A DNA stretch of 64,000 nt from Lytechinus pictus. Taxonomy: Eukaryota. Both the position numbers and the translations under genes were made by a program. Positions 26,885-38,889 of this stretch are shown one piece after another. Location of the stretch: contig NC_087252.1 in assembly GCF_037042905.1 (NCBI RefSeq), positions 1,798,001 to 1,862,000 on the forward strand, in the 5' to 3' direction. The notes under the pieces were generated by a model. It saw only the letters and a program-made list of their open reading frames with translations, was not told where the DNA came from and ran no database searches. Every line of letters starts with the position of its first letter. Within the stretch, counting starts at the first letter, position 1.

Positions 26885-27101
26885 CTTGTAGTAGAAAAAA
26901 TTAAAAAACAACAAAGATTAAAGATGCCCTGGGTATTTGACAAAGAGTAAAGTTTGCACATTGGAAGAGAGGCAGGACACAAATTAGGGGTTATATTTTC
27001 GGCCAAACTGGGGCAAGTGCTGAATTTTTGGGGGCTTTCTTTAAATTTAAAGGCTACTTTTCGACCCAACGAGCAATACCGCTGACAAGAGTATCATTCT
27101 G

Positions 27102-27968
27102 TTGATTGATTGATAAAAAATTAACGACACTATCAACACATGCGTGTCATATAAGTGTCGGACAGTTAATCTGGAAAGGTTACTATAATACAGTACAAAT
27201 TACCCTAATGCAACTTTACAAAGGAACAGGATTATAAATAAGTGATTATCAGTAATAAATTAATACGTTAACTACTTCCCCGGGATAACTTCCCTACTCT
27301 TTACGAAAAGAGGAGTAGGTTTTTTAACGTGCAAATGGTGTGACTCTCCCTTACACGGGACCGACGGCTTAGAGTCTCCTCCGAAAGACTAGACAATTGG
27401 AATAAAATACCTTGCCCAAGGGTATACCTGTTGTGATTGGGATTCGAACAGTTTCCCACCTAAAATCTAATAAACAGATTGATCTCCTTTAGGAAATTTA
27501 CAATACATAATCGTGAAATATCTCTAAATAATGTCTTAAGGTCAGGAACATCATAAAAGTTAGTACGAATATGTGCAAAATCAGCACATTCAATGAGGAT
27601 GTGTTTAACTGTAAGTGTACAATTACATGATATGCATTGAGGTGGATTTTCTCTTGCAAATAAATATGCATGTGTTAAGTAAGAATGTCCAATACGAGCA
27701 CGGGTCAATACAATGTCTTCCCGTCGTTTAGCTAATGGAAGAGTATTTTGTGATTCAAGTCTTGGTTGGTGTTTATGGAGTTTATTATTAGGATTTAGAT
27801 CCCATGATGTTTGCCATTTATTTATAATATAAGTATTAACCTTTGATTTTAGATCAGTGTAAGGTATCTGTATTTCTGTTATATCCAGATCTAAAGCTTC
27901 TTTAGCTAACTCATCAGCTTTTTCATTACCTTGAATACCTGTATGGCTTGGTATCCAAACAAATATTA
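27102..27968 (-). mobile_element. 5'-truncated I/Nimb-group LINE (end of RNase H plus CCHC knuckle, 3' UTR)
   Basis: WIPSHTGIQGNEKADELAK (RNase H) ... RARIGHSYLTH...CISCNCTLTVKHILIEC; 3' tail atcaatcaatcaac. Confidence 0.85.
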
Positions 27969-28352
27969 TTCGTTTGTCTTCATGTTCTTAAATATTGTGG
28001 AAGAATTTGGGGCAACTTTAGTAAAGAAGGTCACCTAAAAGCATTTCATTCTGCAAATTTTATAGGTGATTATTTATGTCATGAGGGTGAAAGGGCCCAT
28101 ATTAATCACCCTTATGTATCTCCTATGCTGATAAGAGGTCAATACTTGATGTACACTTTGGCAGCTAATACAGGAAGCTATACTGGGATGTTGAATAAAG
28201 TGAGCCACCTATTGCTTGCCGATTACTTTTGTTTTGGAAATATATCTACATGTACCATATAACCCTGGACTGCACTTTTGAGCATATTCATATGAGGCCC
28301 TCTATTGGTGGAAATTGAGAAAAGGTAACCCATACAAACACCCACAATATAC

Positions 28353-28492
28353 CTGTTGCTTGGTACATGTGATCTCTTTTCTTTTTTCTTCTCCCACATC
28401 TCTTCTTCTTCTTGTAGTCTGTTGTGAGTCTCGGTGTGATGAAGAACATTCTTCAGCAGCCTCCTATCAAGGTACCTTACCTTCACAGACAT
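28353..28492 (-). CDS. NKAPD1: NKAPD1/C11orf57-like coding exon 1
   Basis: MSVKVRYLDRRLLKNVLHHTETHNRLQEEEEMW resembles the NKAPD1 N-terminus ([22 protein letters not shown], from memory). Donor CAG|GTATA, phase 2; an acceptor near 28524 implies an upstream UTR exon. Confidence 0.85.
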
Positions 28493-29864
28493 CTCTCCTC
28501 TCACGCTCTTGTCCAATGCTGCCCTAATACAAACAAAACAAAATTAAGTTAGTACTCTATGTACAAATGCTAAAATATTAGTTTTTTCAGTTAGAGAGAA
28601 CCTAAATTAAATAATCAACACTCTCTGCATTTTGCTGCTGATCTCTGAAGAGAGTAACATGATCAAAATTTGATGTTTTAAGCTTTTCAAAAATCCTACC
28701 GGGTACCTATTAAACACCTGGGTGGAGAGTGGCAAATTGTGGATTGCACCTTGACAAAGGACGCTAGCAGAGCTGCCAAGTTGTTTTTTGCATTTTCAGT
28801 ATTCTTATCCCCCAAAATCAGTATTTTGACAAAAAAATCAGTATTTTTACCGTGTGAGATAAATATTTTGTATTTTTCCCCAAAAAAGTGTTTTTCATAA
28901 TAAAATGCTTGGCGCACTCGCCCATCACGGTGCTCAAGCTGCATGCAAGCTAAAATGTGCACTGCTCTTGCAGATGAAATAAAAAAAACATTGAAACTTG
29001 TGTATATCTCACCCTGGTTTTTACAAAATGATTGAAAAAAAAAACAAGTTACCTGAAATTACATTGATCTAATAACCATATTTGTGTACGTTTTATGAAA
29101 TAGAGACATATAGAGATGATTTTTCTCAATCAATTTTGTAAAAAAAAAAATAAAAAAAAAAAAAATGGTGGGATTCGAACACATGACCCTCTGATTACAG
29201 AGTAACTGCAGTCTAAACTCTGAGCCTAAGGTACGCTATTTCTGAATTTTATATATTTTATTGTCAAGTTGGATGTAATTTCTTTTTTTATAATGTGACA
29301 TTTTATATTAAAAAAAAATGGTCCAAAAATATGTTGTCTTTACGTATGGGCAAACAACACTTCAGTCTATGTATTTATTGGTGAGAGGAGCCAACGCAGT
29401 TCAGCCTTCAGCGGAACAACCAAATAGTACTACAGAGACTGAAGCTTTTGGTTGGTCTTGGCGACAAAGCCGACAAGAGTCATGATGAAAGACGGTCCTT
29501 GCCTTGCCCTGGCCTTGCTTGGAAAGACTGTTTCGTGCAATCGGTCCTGGTGGAGCTCTCGACCAGACAAGGCAAGGGCAACACTAGACAGCTGGCAGCT
29601 GTCTGTTTCAAGGAGTTTTTAAACATTTAAAAAAAAATTTCATTTCTCCTCGTACACAGACGGCTCGCTATCGTGCAGCCACCATTAGGGGGTTAAGTTA
29701 ACAATGCAAAATCCCCCTGACGGGGCACATCGATTTTTGTCTTTATTTCATAAAAATATTATAAAAAGAACTGTACCAAAATAAAGATTGTTATTCCGTT
29801 TTGGCCTGAAATGCACCAAAACGGGGAAAAATTAACTTAAAGGGGGGAAGAAACAGTGACTTAC

Positions 29865-29900
29865 TTCGTCTGTCGCGCGACTTCACTTCCCTGTTTTTAA
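29865..29900 (-). other. Candidate 5' UTR exon / promoter-proximal region of the NKAPD1-like gene
   Basis: GGGAAGTGAAGTCGCGCGACAGACGAA|GTAAGT: consensus donor, CpG-rich, ETS-like GGAAGT. Unconfirmed without transcripts. Confidence 0.4.
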
Positions 29901-29946
29901 TACATATACATATGGCCATTGAGTCCCTGTACAGATCGAGCTAGAA

Positions 29947-31611
29947 CAGTAGAGGCGCACGGCAAATATGGGAGACTCTCTCCAATAGGGGAGACAATCT
30001 CCCACATTGGAGACTTGCTTTGCAAAAGGACAAAAGAAACAACACCAACAAAAGCATGATTTTTTCCACCAAAAATTTTGTCTCACTGAGGTCAGAATAG
30101 CCTGGAGGCGTCTGGGGAGTGAAAGTAATATACTGTACGTATGGTCACTCCCCTAACGCCTGGCATTGTGAGGTATAGGCTCCTACGTACCGAGGGAAAA
30201 GGCAACTATAAAAATGCGCCAAACTGCTAGTTATGTTAAGAATCTGAGGTCACGACTGCTGTACATGGGTAACAATATTGGTTGGCAACGTTTGGCAAAA
30301 AATGGATAGTTATGGTTACAAATGACGAATAAATTATATGAAGTAATAAAAGTAGAAGAGAGTTTACTTACACTTGTTGACATCGCCATCTTTGATCCTT
30401 TGTTAATGCAACCTAGTTACGTGACGCGTATAGAGGGCGGCAAAATCATGAGCGGTGCTAGATTAAAAAGTGCTAAAATGTCCCGCTTCAACCACTGAAC
30501 TATAAATACGTGGAAGTCGTGTACCGGTACAACCAAGCAAAGCATCGCCGGCGAACTCGATAAGTCACATGACCGCCGCCATTTTGCTAGGTCAATTGTT
30601 CGAGAACGCGCCGTAGAAGGCAAGATGCAATGTTTTCTCTATGTATTTCTAGTTCAGTGGTTGAAGCGGTGCTAGATTAAAAAGTGCTAAAATGTCCCGC
30701 TTCAACCACTGAACTAGAAATACATAGAGAAAACATATTGCATCTTGCCTTCTACGGCGCGTTCTCGAACAATTGACCTAGCAAAATGGCGGCGGTCATG
30801 TGACTTATAGAGTTCGCCGGCGATGCTTTGCTTGGGTGTACCCGTACACGACTTCCACGTATTTATAGTTCAGTGGTTGAAGCGGGACATTTTAGCACTT
30901 TTTAATCTAGCACCGCTCATGATTTTGCCGCCCTCTATACGCGTCACGTAACTAGGTTGCATTAACAAAGGATCAAAGATGGCGATGTCAACAAGTTGTA
31001 AGTAAACTCTCTTCTACTTTTATTACTTCATATAATTTATTCGTCATTTTGTAACCATAACTATCCATTTTTTGCCAAACGTTGCCAACCAATATTTTTA
31101 CCCATGTACAGCAGTCGTGACCTCAGATTCTTAACATAACTAGCAGTTTGGCGCATTTTTATAGTTGCCTTTTCCCTCGGTACGTAGGAGCCTATACCTC
31201 ACAATGCCAGGCGTTAGGGGAGTGACCATACGTACAGTATATTACTTTCACTCCCCAGACGCCTCCAGGCTAGGTCAGAAGCCCATTTGTTTTGTGTGTG
31301 ATTGACAACAAAAATCCTTATCAAAACAAATGTGTTGTACTTGTAGACGGTGAATTTTTAAAGTAGACGGTGAGGAGTAATTTTTCATGAGGAATCTGCT
31401 TATCACATTTTTATTTGCCGCCAAGGAAATCCTTTTGCAGCAAATGTAAACAAAGGAAATTGGTCTCCAAAACTGGAGACTGTCTCTGAAATTGGATACC
31501 CAAATTCTTTACAACTGTCATAAGTCTCTGATATATTGGAGATAATCTCCCACATGTCATGATTGGAGACAGTCTCCAATATTATTATTTATTGGCCGTG
31601 CACCTCTACTG
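29947..31611. mobile_element. MITE with CAG termini and 5-bp TSD (hAT-like), host of the palindromic element
   Basis: TIR cagtagaggcgcacggc / gccgtgcacctctactg; TSD tagaa; subterminal ggagac/gtctcc motifs. Confidence 0.8.
30098..31272. mobile_element. Fold-back (palindromic) non-autonomous DNA transposon
   Basis: TAGCCTGGAGGC...GCCTCCAGGCTA, arms about 572 bp, 27-bp loop, flanked by the 8-bp direct repeat ggtcagaa. Confidence 0.9.
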
Positions 31612-33397
31612 TAGAAGTTCGGTCTCTGCATTTTGGTGAGTGGAGCCTAGGGAGTTCAGCAGAACAACGAACATAATTAACAGAGACCGAAGCTTTTGGT
31701 CTATGGCAACACGTCACGTCACGAAAAAGGGAGTCTCCCCGCGGAGACTCCTGTTCTAATCCCCGGAGGTTCGAATCCTGCGCCAGGCCCGGCCCCAGGC
31801 TGCCGGCCCAGGCTCAACTCGCGAGTCGCTATACCGTACCGGTACACGCAACGCCAACGCCACATTATCAGACACAGCAACTCATACAGCGTGGGGTTAA
31901 ATTAAGGAAAACAGATGTTTCTTTAAGAGAAAAAAATTGATAGATCATGAATTCATAAAAAGATTCTGAATTTCCTACACACTTCTAAAAAAGAATTCTC
32001 TTGATTATTGATACTTGCTCGTAAAGAGTGGTTTTCCCGGGCGACTTTTCCTAAATGTGCAGCTGGGAAAATTAAAACCGCACCGATGTAGAATGTTGGA
32101 AAACGGCAAATCTAGAAGAAAAAAAAGTGTATCTTGATGTGGCGCACCATGGGAGTCGATATGGTTGGGGGGGGGGGGGGGGGATGTCGTTCTCTGTGAG
32201 GTAATTGCCCCTATTTTTTTTGGGGGGGGGACATAGGTGGATCCAGGGGGCCCGAGGGTCCCGCCCCCCCTATTGGCGGAGCAAAAAAAAAAAAAAAAAA
32301 GGATGGAAAAGAGAGGAGAAAAAAAGAAGAGAAAAAGGACGAGTGAATAAAATAAGATGAGGGGAAGACTTGCAATGGAAAATAAAAAGAATCTTTCATG
32401 TCACTAAATAAAATTTCCCCTCGCGCTTCGGGTTCGCATTGCCTGTTAAGTGATATCTTGTTAAATATGGAGCTTAAATATCAAGTTTGGAAGTCGATAT
32501 ACAATCACCACGGAACTCGAACTTTCATTATTTTGTGGATTTACAAATTGATTTTTGTGATCTGTAAAAATGTAAGTTTTATGGTCTGAATATTAACATT
32601 TTCTGCATTTATAAGAATAAAGCTTTAATCAAATTAGCCATTTTGAGGACTCTTATCGGTTTTGATGGCCAGTTCCCTTTAATACTTTCTTTCTCATTTC
32701 TCATCAGTTTCTGTTGTATGTTAACCACTTATTTTACATCATGAACCAGTATTACTGACAAAAATTAAGTGATATGCCTATTCAAAAGGGTGGCAATGCA
32801 TCCCATGCGCTGGGTTGGGGCCGGGAGGGGTAAATTTCAAAAAGATAATGTCATCCATAAAAAATAAATATGAACATGTTATTTAATTTACTCTTGGATT
32901 TTTCTTTCTCCATCCATCTGTTTGTATAACAGTGTCCGAAAGGAATGGATTAATTCAATAGCTTTAAACATAATAAACTTACCCCCCATATCAATGGGCA
33001 TCGTGCGTAAATTATTGATATTGTTATAATATTTCTGTTTTGTTTTGTTTAGGTTTTACTTGTCATTTTTTCTATTACACCAAAATAAAGGTTATTCTGG
33101 ATTGATCAAAATCAACCTGTTTTGTCATTTTTTTCTCAAAACCTTCACCCCTCTACCAAAATTGTTACCACGCCCCTGATAATATGTTTGTTTCTTACAT
33201 GTTAAGTCATATTTTGCTATTGTATTTTTGTTGTATATTTACATCTTTTATTTAATAGATAAATACAAACTCTATCATTTCATATGACTGTGATTTTATG
33301 ATTTTATAGTCACTATGATTTTGTTTTATGAGAAAAAAGAAGCAAAATTATCAGCATAATCTATGAAGGTTTTATTAATATGATTGTTAGCTTAATG

Positions 33398-33575
33398 TGC
33401 CGTGGCCGAGTGGTCTAAGGCGCCTGGCTATACATGGAAATCCGGGGTTCGATCCCGGCCGCGGCACCTGAATGCCCGTGAGCCAGGCATTTAATCTACA
33501 AGGCTCTTTTATCCTGCTTTCAAATAAATGGAAATACTATATGCATCATTGGTAACGAGGTGGTGTGCACTTGTT
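33398..33575 (+). mobile_element. tRNA-derived SINE (second family)
   Basis: A-box tggccgagtgg, B-box ggttcgatccc, followed by non-tRNA body. Confidence 0.7.
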
Positions 33576-33780
33576 ACAAAAATTATTGAAATGGTTAAAT
33601 GATTAATTTGACACATCATTAAGATGATTCCATTAATTTACAAACCGGTTGATTAACTGCTTTAAAAATTGAATGTTTTATTGATTGATAGATTGTTAAT
33701 TTGAATATTTTTTTATTTTTGTTTTTCTCTCTTATTATTTCGGATTCTAATGAATTTCATTCTGTACACTATCTGGCTAT

Positions 33781-34133
33781 ACAGTCGTAGTGAACTTCTT
33801 GGGGGTAATCGCAACCTTTCTAAAAACTGAACGTCTTTGGACACATACGCAACATACTTTTTAAATGGTTTGGTCGGAAACCCGTTGGAAGTCTATTATC
33901 GGAGAGTTGTATTTTCTGACTTAACATGTCTTGAAATGAGCTATCCTTTTGGCGCCAATAATCTATTTCATATTGTCATGGTAACATGTAATCGATATAT
34001 CGCCGTTCATCGACCTCTCCGATACCAAACACTTGTCACCACGAAGCGAATCGCGATCGGGATATTCATCAGTTGGTTAGTATCGTTGGGTTTATGCTTC
34101 AACAAGTCAGCAATTTAGAAGAAAGTCCAAACT
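33781..34133 (+). pseudogene. Truncated A-type GPCR pseudogene (end of TM1 to ECL2)
   Basis: Near-identical blocks to A1/A2 (NNLFHIVMVTC, YIAVHRPLRYQTLVTTKRIAIG) with internal deletions, frameshifts and DRY>NRY; cut off by a transposon at 34134. Confidence 0.9.
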
Positions 34134-36836
34134 GGGCGATTCCACACTAGAACTTCAAAAATATCATCATGAGATTTCAACATGCTTCTAATAAGTCATA
34201 AGTAGTGTAATATTTTACAATGATAACTAAATTTTATGAAAATTATGAGTTTTAACCAAAAGTGAAGACAGATATAGTTTTTTGGGGGGGAAACAATGGA
34301 ATTTTCAATTTTCAATAATTTTGCTAATTAAATAGTCAAGTACAAACACTGCCTGAAACGATTATTGGCAAAGCACAAGAAGATTAAAAATATTACAGGT
34401 CAATGGAATAATGTATCATTGATGGTTTGAAATAATATCTGCAACATTTTCATGATCCATATGATAGGGGCAGCCCTGATTTTTCCGAACCTATTTTTAG
34501 CAATGTCCCGTACGACACATTAAAATGCAAAAGTTTTTTTTACAATTGTTGTAATGTGAAAATGGCTACCCCCATTGGGTTGCATCAGGCTATTTAAATT
34601 TGCTGTAGTTTGGTGAACAATGGCTATTGTTCAAAGTGTATTCAGGTATGCATTTAAGCATCCCTGGATATACTTGGCTGGGTTGATCTCTTGACCAATC
34701 AAGAGTCAGTTGGGGGTGGCAATAATGTACCCCCAATAGCTGTAGGAGGTTTTCTTTTGAAGCCAGCTAGAGCACAGATTTGGCGGGAAGAGGGCAGAAG
34801 AGATTGAGCTTTTGAAGAAGAAGGTTGTCTTCCCGTGTTAGTTTCAGTCAAAGTACAAGTGAGTTAATTATTATTGTTATTATACTACTGTATACTTGTA
34901 AACTTTGTGTGATCATGTATTTTACTCTTACTAAATAATTATTGATGCCTATGGGATTACTTTATATGAATTTTTAATATGTAAACTGACATATTTTATG
35001 CCTCTGAAGTTAAGATTTTTATAAATGTTTTTACACTAATATGCGACTGTAACCACTTACCGTCAGATCTGTTTCATGATGTTGATTGTAGTTTGTTTTA
35101 TTTTCCCTTTAGCTCAACATAACAATACTGTAATTACCAGAGTGCATTAAACCAGAGATACTGAGAGGTGTGGGCGGTGAGTTATTTTAATTGGATCGTA
35201 TTGCAATAAAACCTGTCTTTTTATTATGTAATATGCAGGAATTGTTTTTTTTGCATTTTTTTTATCCAAACTTTATTTTTGATGATGCAATTTCACAATA
35301 CCAGTTTCTCTATCTTTGACACATGGGTGATCGATTTATCCCATAAGGATCTAATTACTGCCCTTCATTTTTCAATAATTGTTCTATTAAAAGTTGTCCC
35401 GTACGACACACAATATATATACTGCATTTAATTGCAGGATTTGGATTCAGAAACTATAAATAGTAGGCCTATTTTAATTTAAGTAATTGATTTGACATAA
35501 AGTGAACTGAAAAAGTACTTTTTTATCTCCATGGAACTTATATAGGTGATTCTAACCATTTTAATTGACTTCATGTAGGCTTATTCTTTTGTGAATCCCT
35601 TCAGCTAAACTGGTGATTTTCACTGGCCAGAGCAGGTTAATTTCTTTGTCATTGAGCATGAAAAGAAAACCTTTATAATTGATTCACCCTAGCCTGGAAG
35701 ATGACTTCCTCTTGCATGCTAATGTGAAAATATTATAAGATGTAAATAAAATATTTACATATCAATCATCTCAGTATTTGGACTTCCCTTGATAATCACT
35801 GATTTTGTTATATACAGTATTGAAACTCCTTATACTTTTTTCAACTTGTAAAAAAAAATCTGGAAAATAAGACAAACCATGTTGTTCAAAAAAAAAAATC
35901 TGGAAAATAAGACAAACCATATGGTTTCATGAAATGCAGAAAGGTTTGAAAAAGTAGAATTGCATTTCTTTAGACAAAAAAATATTTTGTGGAATTACAA
36001 GTGACAGTTGTGACATATATCATGTATATATACATTTTATATGAAAAATCATAACATTTTAGCCCCATAATTTACAGAAACAGTTTCATTCATTCATTGT
36101 TTAGATAGTGTATTAGAAATCATTAATTAATTCACTAAAATATAACTTCACACAAAACCTCAAGTTTTTCAGCTCGTAAAAATGATGTGAACCATATTGT
36201 ACATTTCCCATCATGAAAAAAATGATAATATATATTGCTCCCGATTGTATTATATTGAGGTTACTTAATTATATTGTCCTGAATGACTACTTATTAAAAG
36301 GTTTTTCATTAAAAAGGAAGAATTTAGGGGCAATGCTCCCCTTCTGATTGATAAAAGTTCATTGTTTTATATACAGGCTGTCCAGTACAACACGCAAGTG
36401 CATGTTCAACACACAAGTGTCCAGTATACGACACATTATTTTGTTTATGATATATTGACAGAAATATTCAGCCAATAGCGGTTTCTAACATAATGAATGT
36501 CTTTAGTTTGATAGGATTATCATTAACATCAGCCAAATAAAGTGATTGAAGAAGTCAAAGAGACATAAAGTAAGAAAGTTTGGCTTCAATTTAGAGATGT
36601 CCGTACGACACATTTTGAGTGTCCCGTACACCACAATGTTCTCGAAAATTGTAATTTGCTTTATTTATTCATGAATGTTTATATTGCTTTCTTTCATAGA
36701 TGTGTTTGTTCTTGGGAAATTAAATATCAATTTGAGTTCAGTTTCTATGAAAATTATCTGTTCAACTCACAGACTTTAGAGTACAAACTTGAGGTTTCTA
36801 TAAAAAAGCCACCTTTTCTGCGTCCGTAGGACACAT
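34134..36836. mobile_element. Larger non-coding member of the same Sola2-like family; right TIR not found
   Basis: Starts GGGCGATTCCACACTAGAA; tgtcccgtacgacac-like motif at about 34504, 35395, 36378, 36418, 36598, 36620 and 36821. The end coordinate is approximate. Confidence 0.65.
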
Positions 36837-38889
36837 TCCCGACCTTTCGTTGGAGAACGCGAACGCTTATTTACGACGTTAGTTGATTTTGGAAGAGACT
36901 TTTGGGCCCTTCGTCATGGTCGTAAAACTCTGTCCTGCAATGCAAATTGTGTGACATGAGATTTTTTTTTCGTTTCGCATCTGCAACGGAAACATTCAAC
37001 ATGCGTTTCGTGTGCAAAATTCTGGTTGCTACTTTGGTAACAGCGATATATCCGATCTAGGACGACTTTCCAAAGCCACATTAATTTTGGTTCCTCCCAG
37101 AGCTCGAGAGGCCGCCCGGGGGGCCCACTTCCATTGAAGAGTGGATACCAGGCGCGACCACGCGTAAAAAGGGAAAGAGTGGGCAAGTACGTTACGTATA
37201 GGCCCGTTATAAGGGTGTCAAAAACGATGTTTAAAATACTGAAAAGGAGGATATGTTTTCAATACTTGTAGGGTTTCACAATCTAAATACTTGTTAAGAG
37301 ATGCATTTTCATCACTGGCGTAAATCCCGGGGGGGGATGGGGGGGATATATCCCCCCCCACTTTTCGAGGAGGGGGGGATGGCCTGTACAAATATCCCCC
37401 CCCCCACTTTTTACGAAAGAAATGAGAAAAAAATCACAAGAGATAATTGTTTTATTGGTGAAAATTCTTCCAAAAATACCGCTTAACAAATAAAATATTA
37501 TTGAATCATAAAATGCAAATAAAGAGCCAGTTCACCATTTCCAAACGAAACACTTATGTCCTTATTATAACATTGAAGAGAAACCCCCGTTTCTTCCAAT
37601 TCATCAATGTTGGGGTTTTTGGAAAGGGATTAAGATGGAATGTCAAAATTTTTTGAATGTAATCTCTAATAAAACCATTAAACCATCATGGGGTAAAAAA
37701 GATAATAATATTGGAGGGGTATTTGCCATATGGACATACAGTGGCGTAACTACGGGGGACATGGGGGGCACATCCCCCCCCCCCCCCCCATCGGCTGACC
37801 AAAAAAAAATATTATTCATTATAATGTTATATTATAATTATGTTAAGTTACATTACATAAGAAACATTTTTATCATAACTTTATGAAACATAATTTGCCC
37901 AGGGCCTACGTCTTCATTGTTCCTGGTGCTCGCATTGTCTGTTTAACGAAATATATAATCCTGTTGTACTAAAACATCCCGTTTTCAAGTCGATATAAAC
38001 CAAATATATTTCCTAGCACTTGAGCTATCATTGTTGTAGTGACATATGCTTCTTTTTCATGACTCAAAAGTGATTGCCCCATGTTAAGGTCTTCGTATAT
38101 ATGAAACATTTCCTGTCCGTGATTACGTTCGCATTAGTGGATTGGTGAGATATGTCTGCTCTTCATGAATTCCTAAAATCAGTCCTTAAAATGGGTTACA
38201 GCCCGATAGACCGCGGGTCCGATAGACCGCGGGTCCGATAGTCCGCGGGTCCGATAGACCGCGGGTCCGATAGACCGCGGGTCCGATAGACCGCGGGTCC
38301 GATAGTCCGCGGGTCCGATAGTCCGCGGTGTGTGTAAAATTATGATCAGCCACAGTGAGATCCAGTGTCATCAAGAGGTCAAAAGGTCAATGATACGAGT
38401 CCATGGGGTTCTATAACGATGACCCAAAGGACAATCGCCCCCTGACAACTACTTCAAGGAAAATATTATCCCCATATTTTTATCGTCGGGGACTGTTACC
38501 CCCCCCCCCAGAAATTTACCCTCTATATGCGAGCGCGAAGCGTGAGCTGATATTTTATTATTATTTTAACCTAGGATCGAGGCATTTTAGGCCTAAGGAT
38601 ATTTTGTCATCATAAAAGAATGATGACTATCTTCATTTTCTTTTCCATAAACGTGTCAATTTATTTATGAAAAAGGGAAAATTTAGTTATTATGAATTCA
38701 TAAAAAATTTATTTCATATTTATTAATCTAATAAGCCTAATGAGTGGGTGAAATTTGTTGACAGTGTATGAGGCCTGAAAACTGGAAATTTTAAGTTTTT
38801 TTGAAATCATGAATAGGATTCATTGGTTGATATATTTTTAGCAAATAACGCGAGGGAATTTAAGTAGTTTGTTATAGAATTAATATATA

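Noticed and set aside
30372-30389. First coding exon of NKAPD1 (ATGGCGATGTCAACAAGT|GTAAGT)
   Set aside because: It lies inside a TSD-flanked palindromic transposon arm; homology places the start Met at 28492. Kept only as a hypothesis under findings.
30098-31272. Assembly artefact (fold-back read chimera)
   Set aside because: The flanking 8-bp TSD, the intact host element on both sides and the arm mismatches favour a real insertion, though long reads are needed to be sure.
33398-33470. tRNA gene
   Set aside because: A/B boxes are present but I see no convincing cloverleaf, and it continues into a SINE-like body; the same applies at 8148.
34134-36836. Autonomous transposase gene
   Set aside because: No long ORF or recognisable DDE motif in this or any other DNA element in the window.
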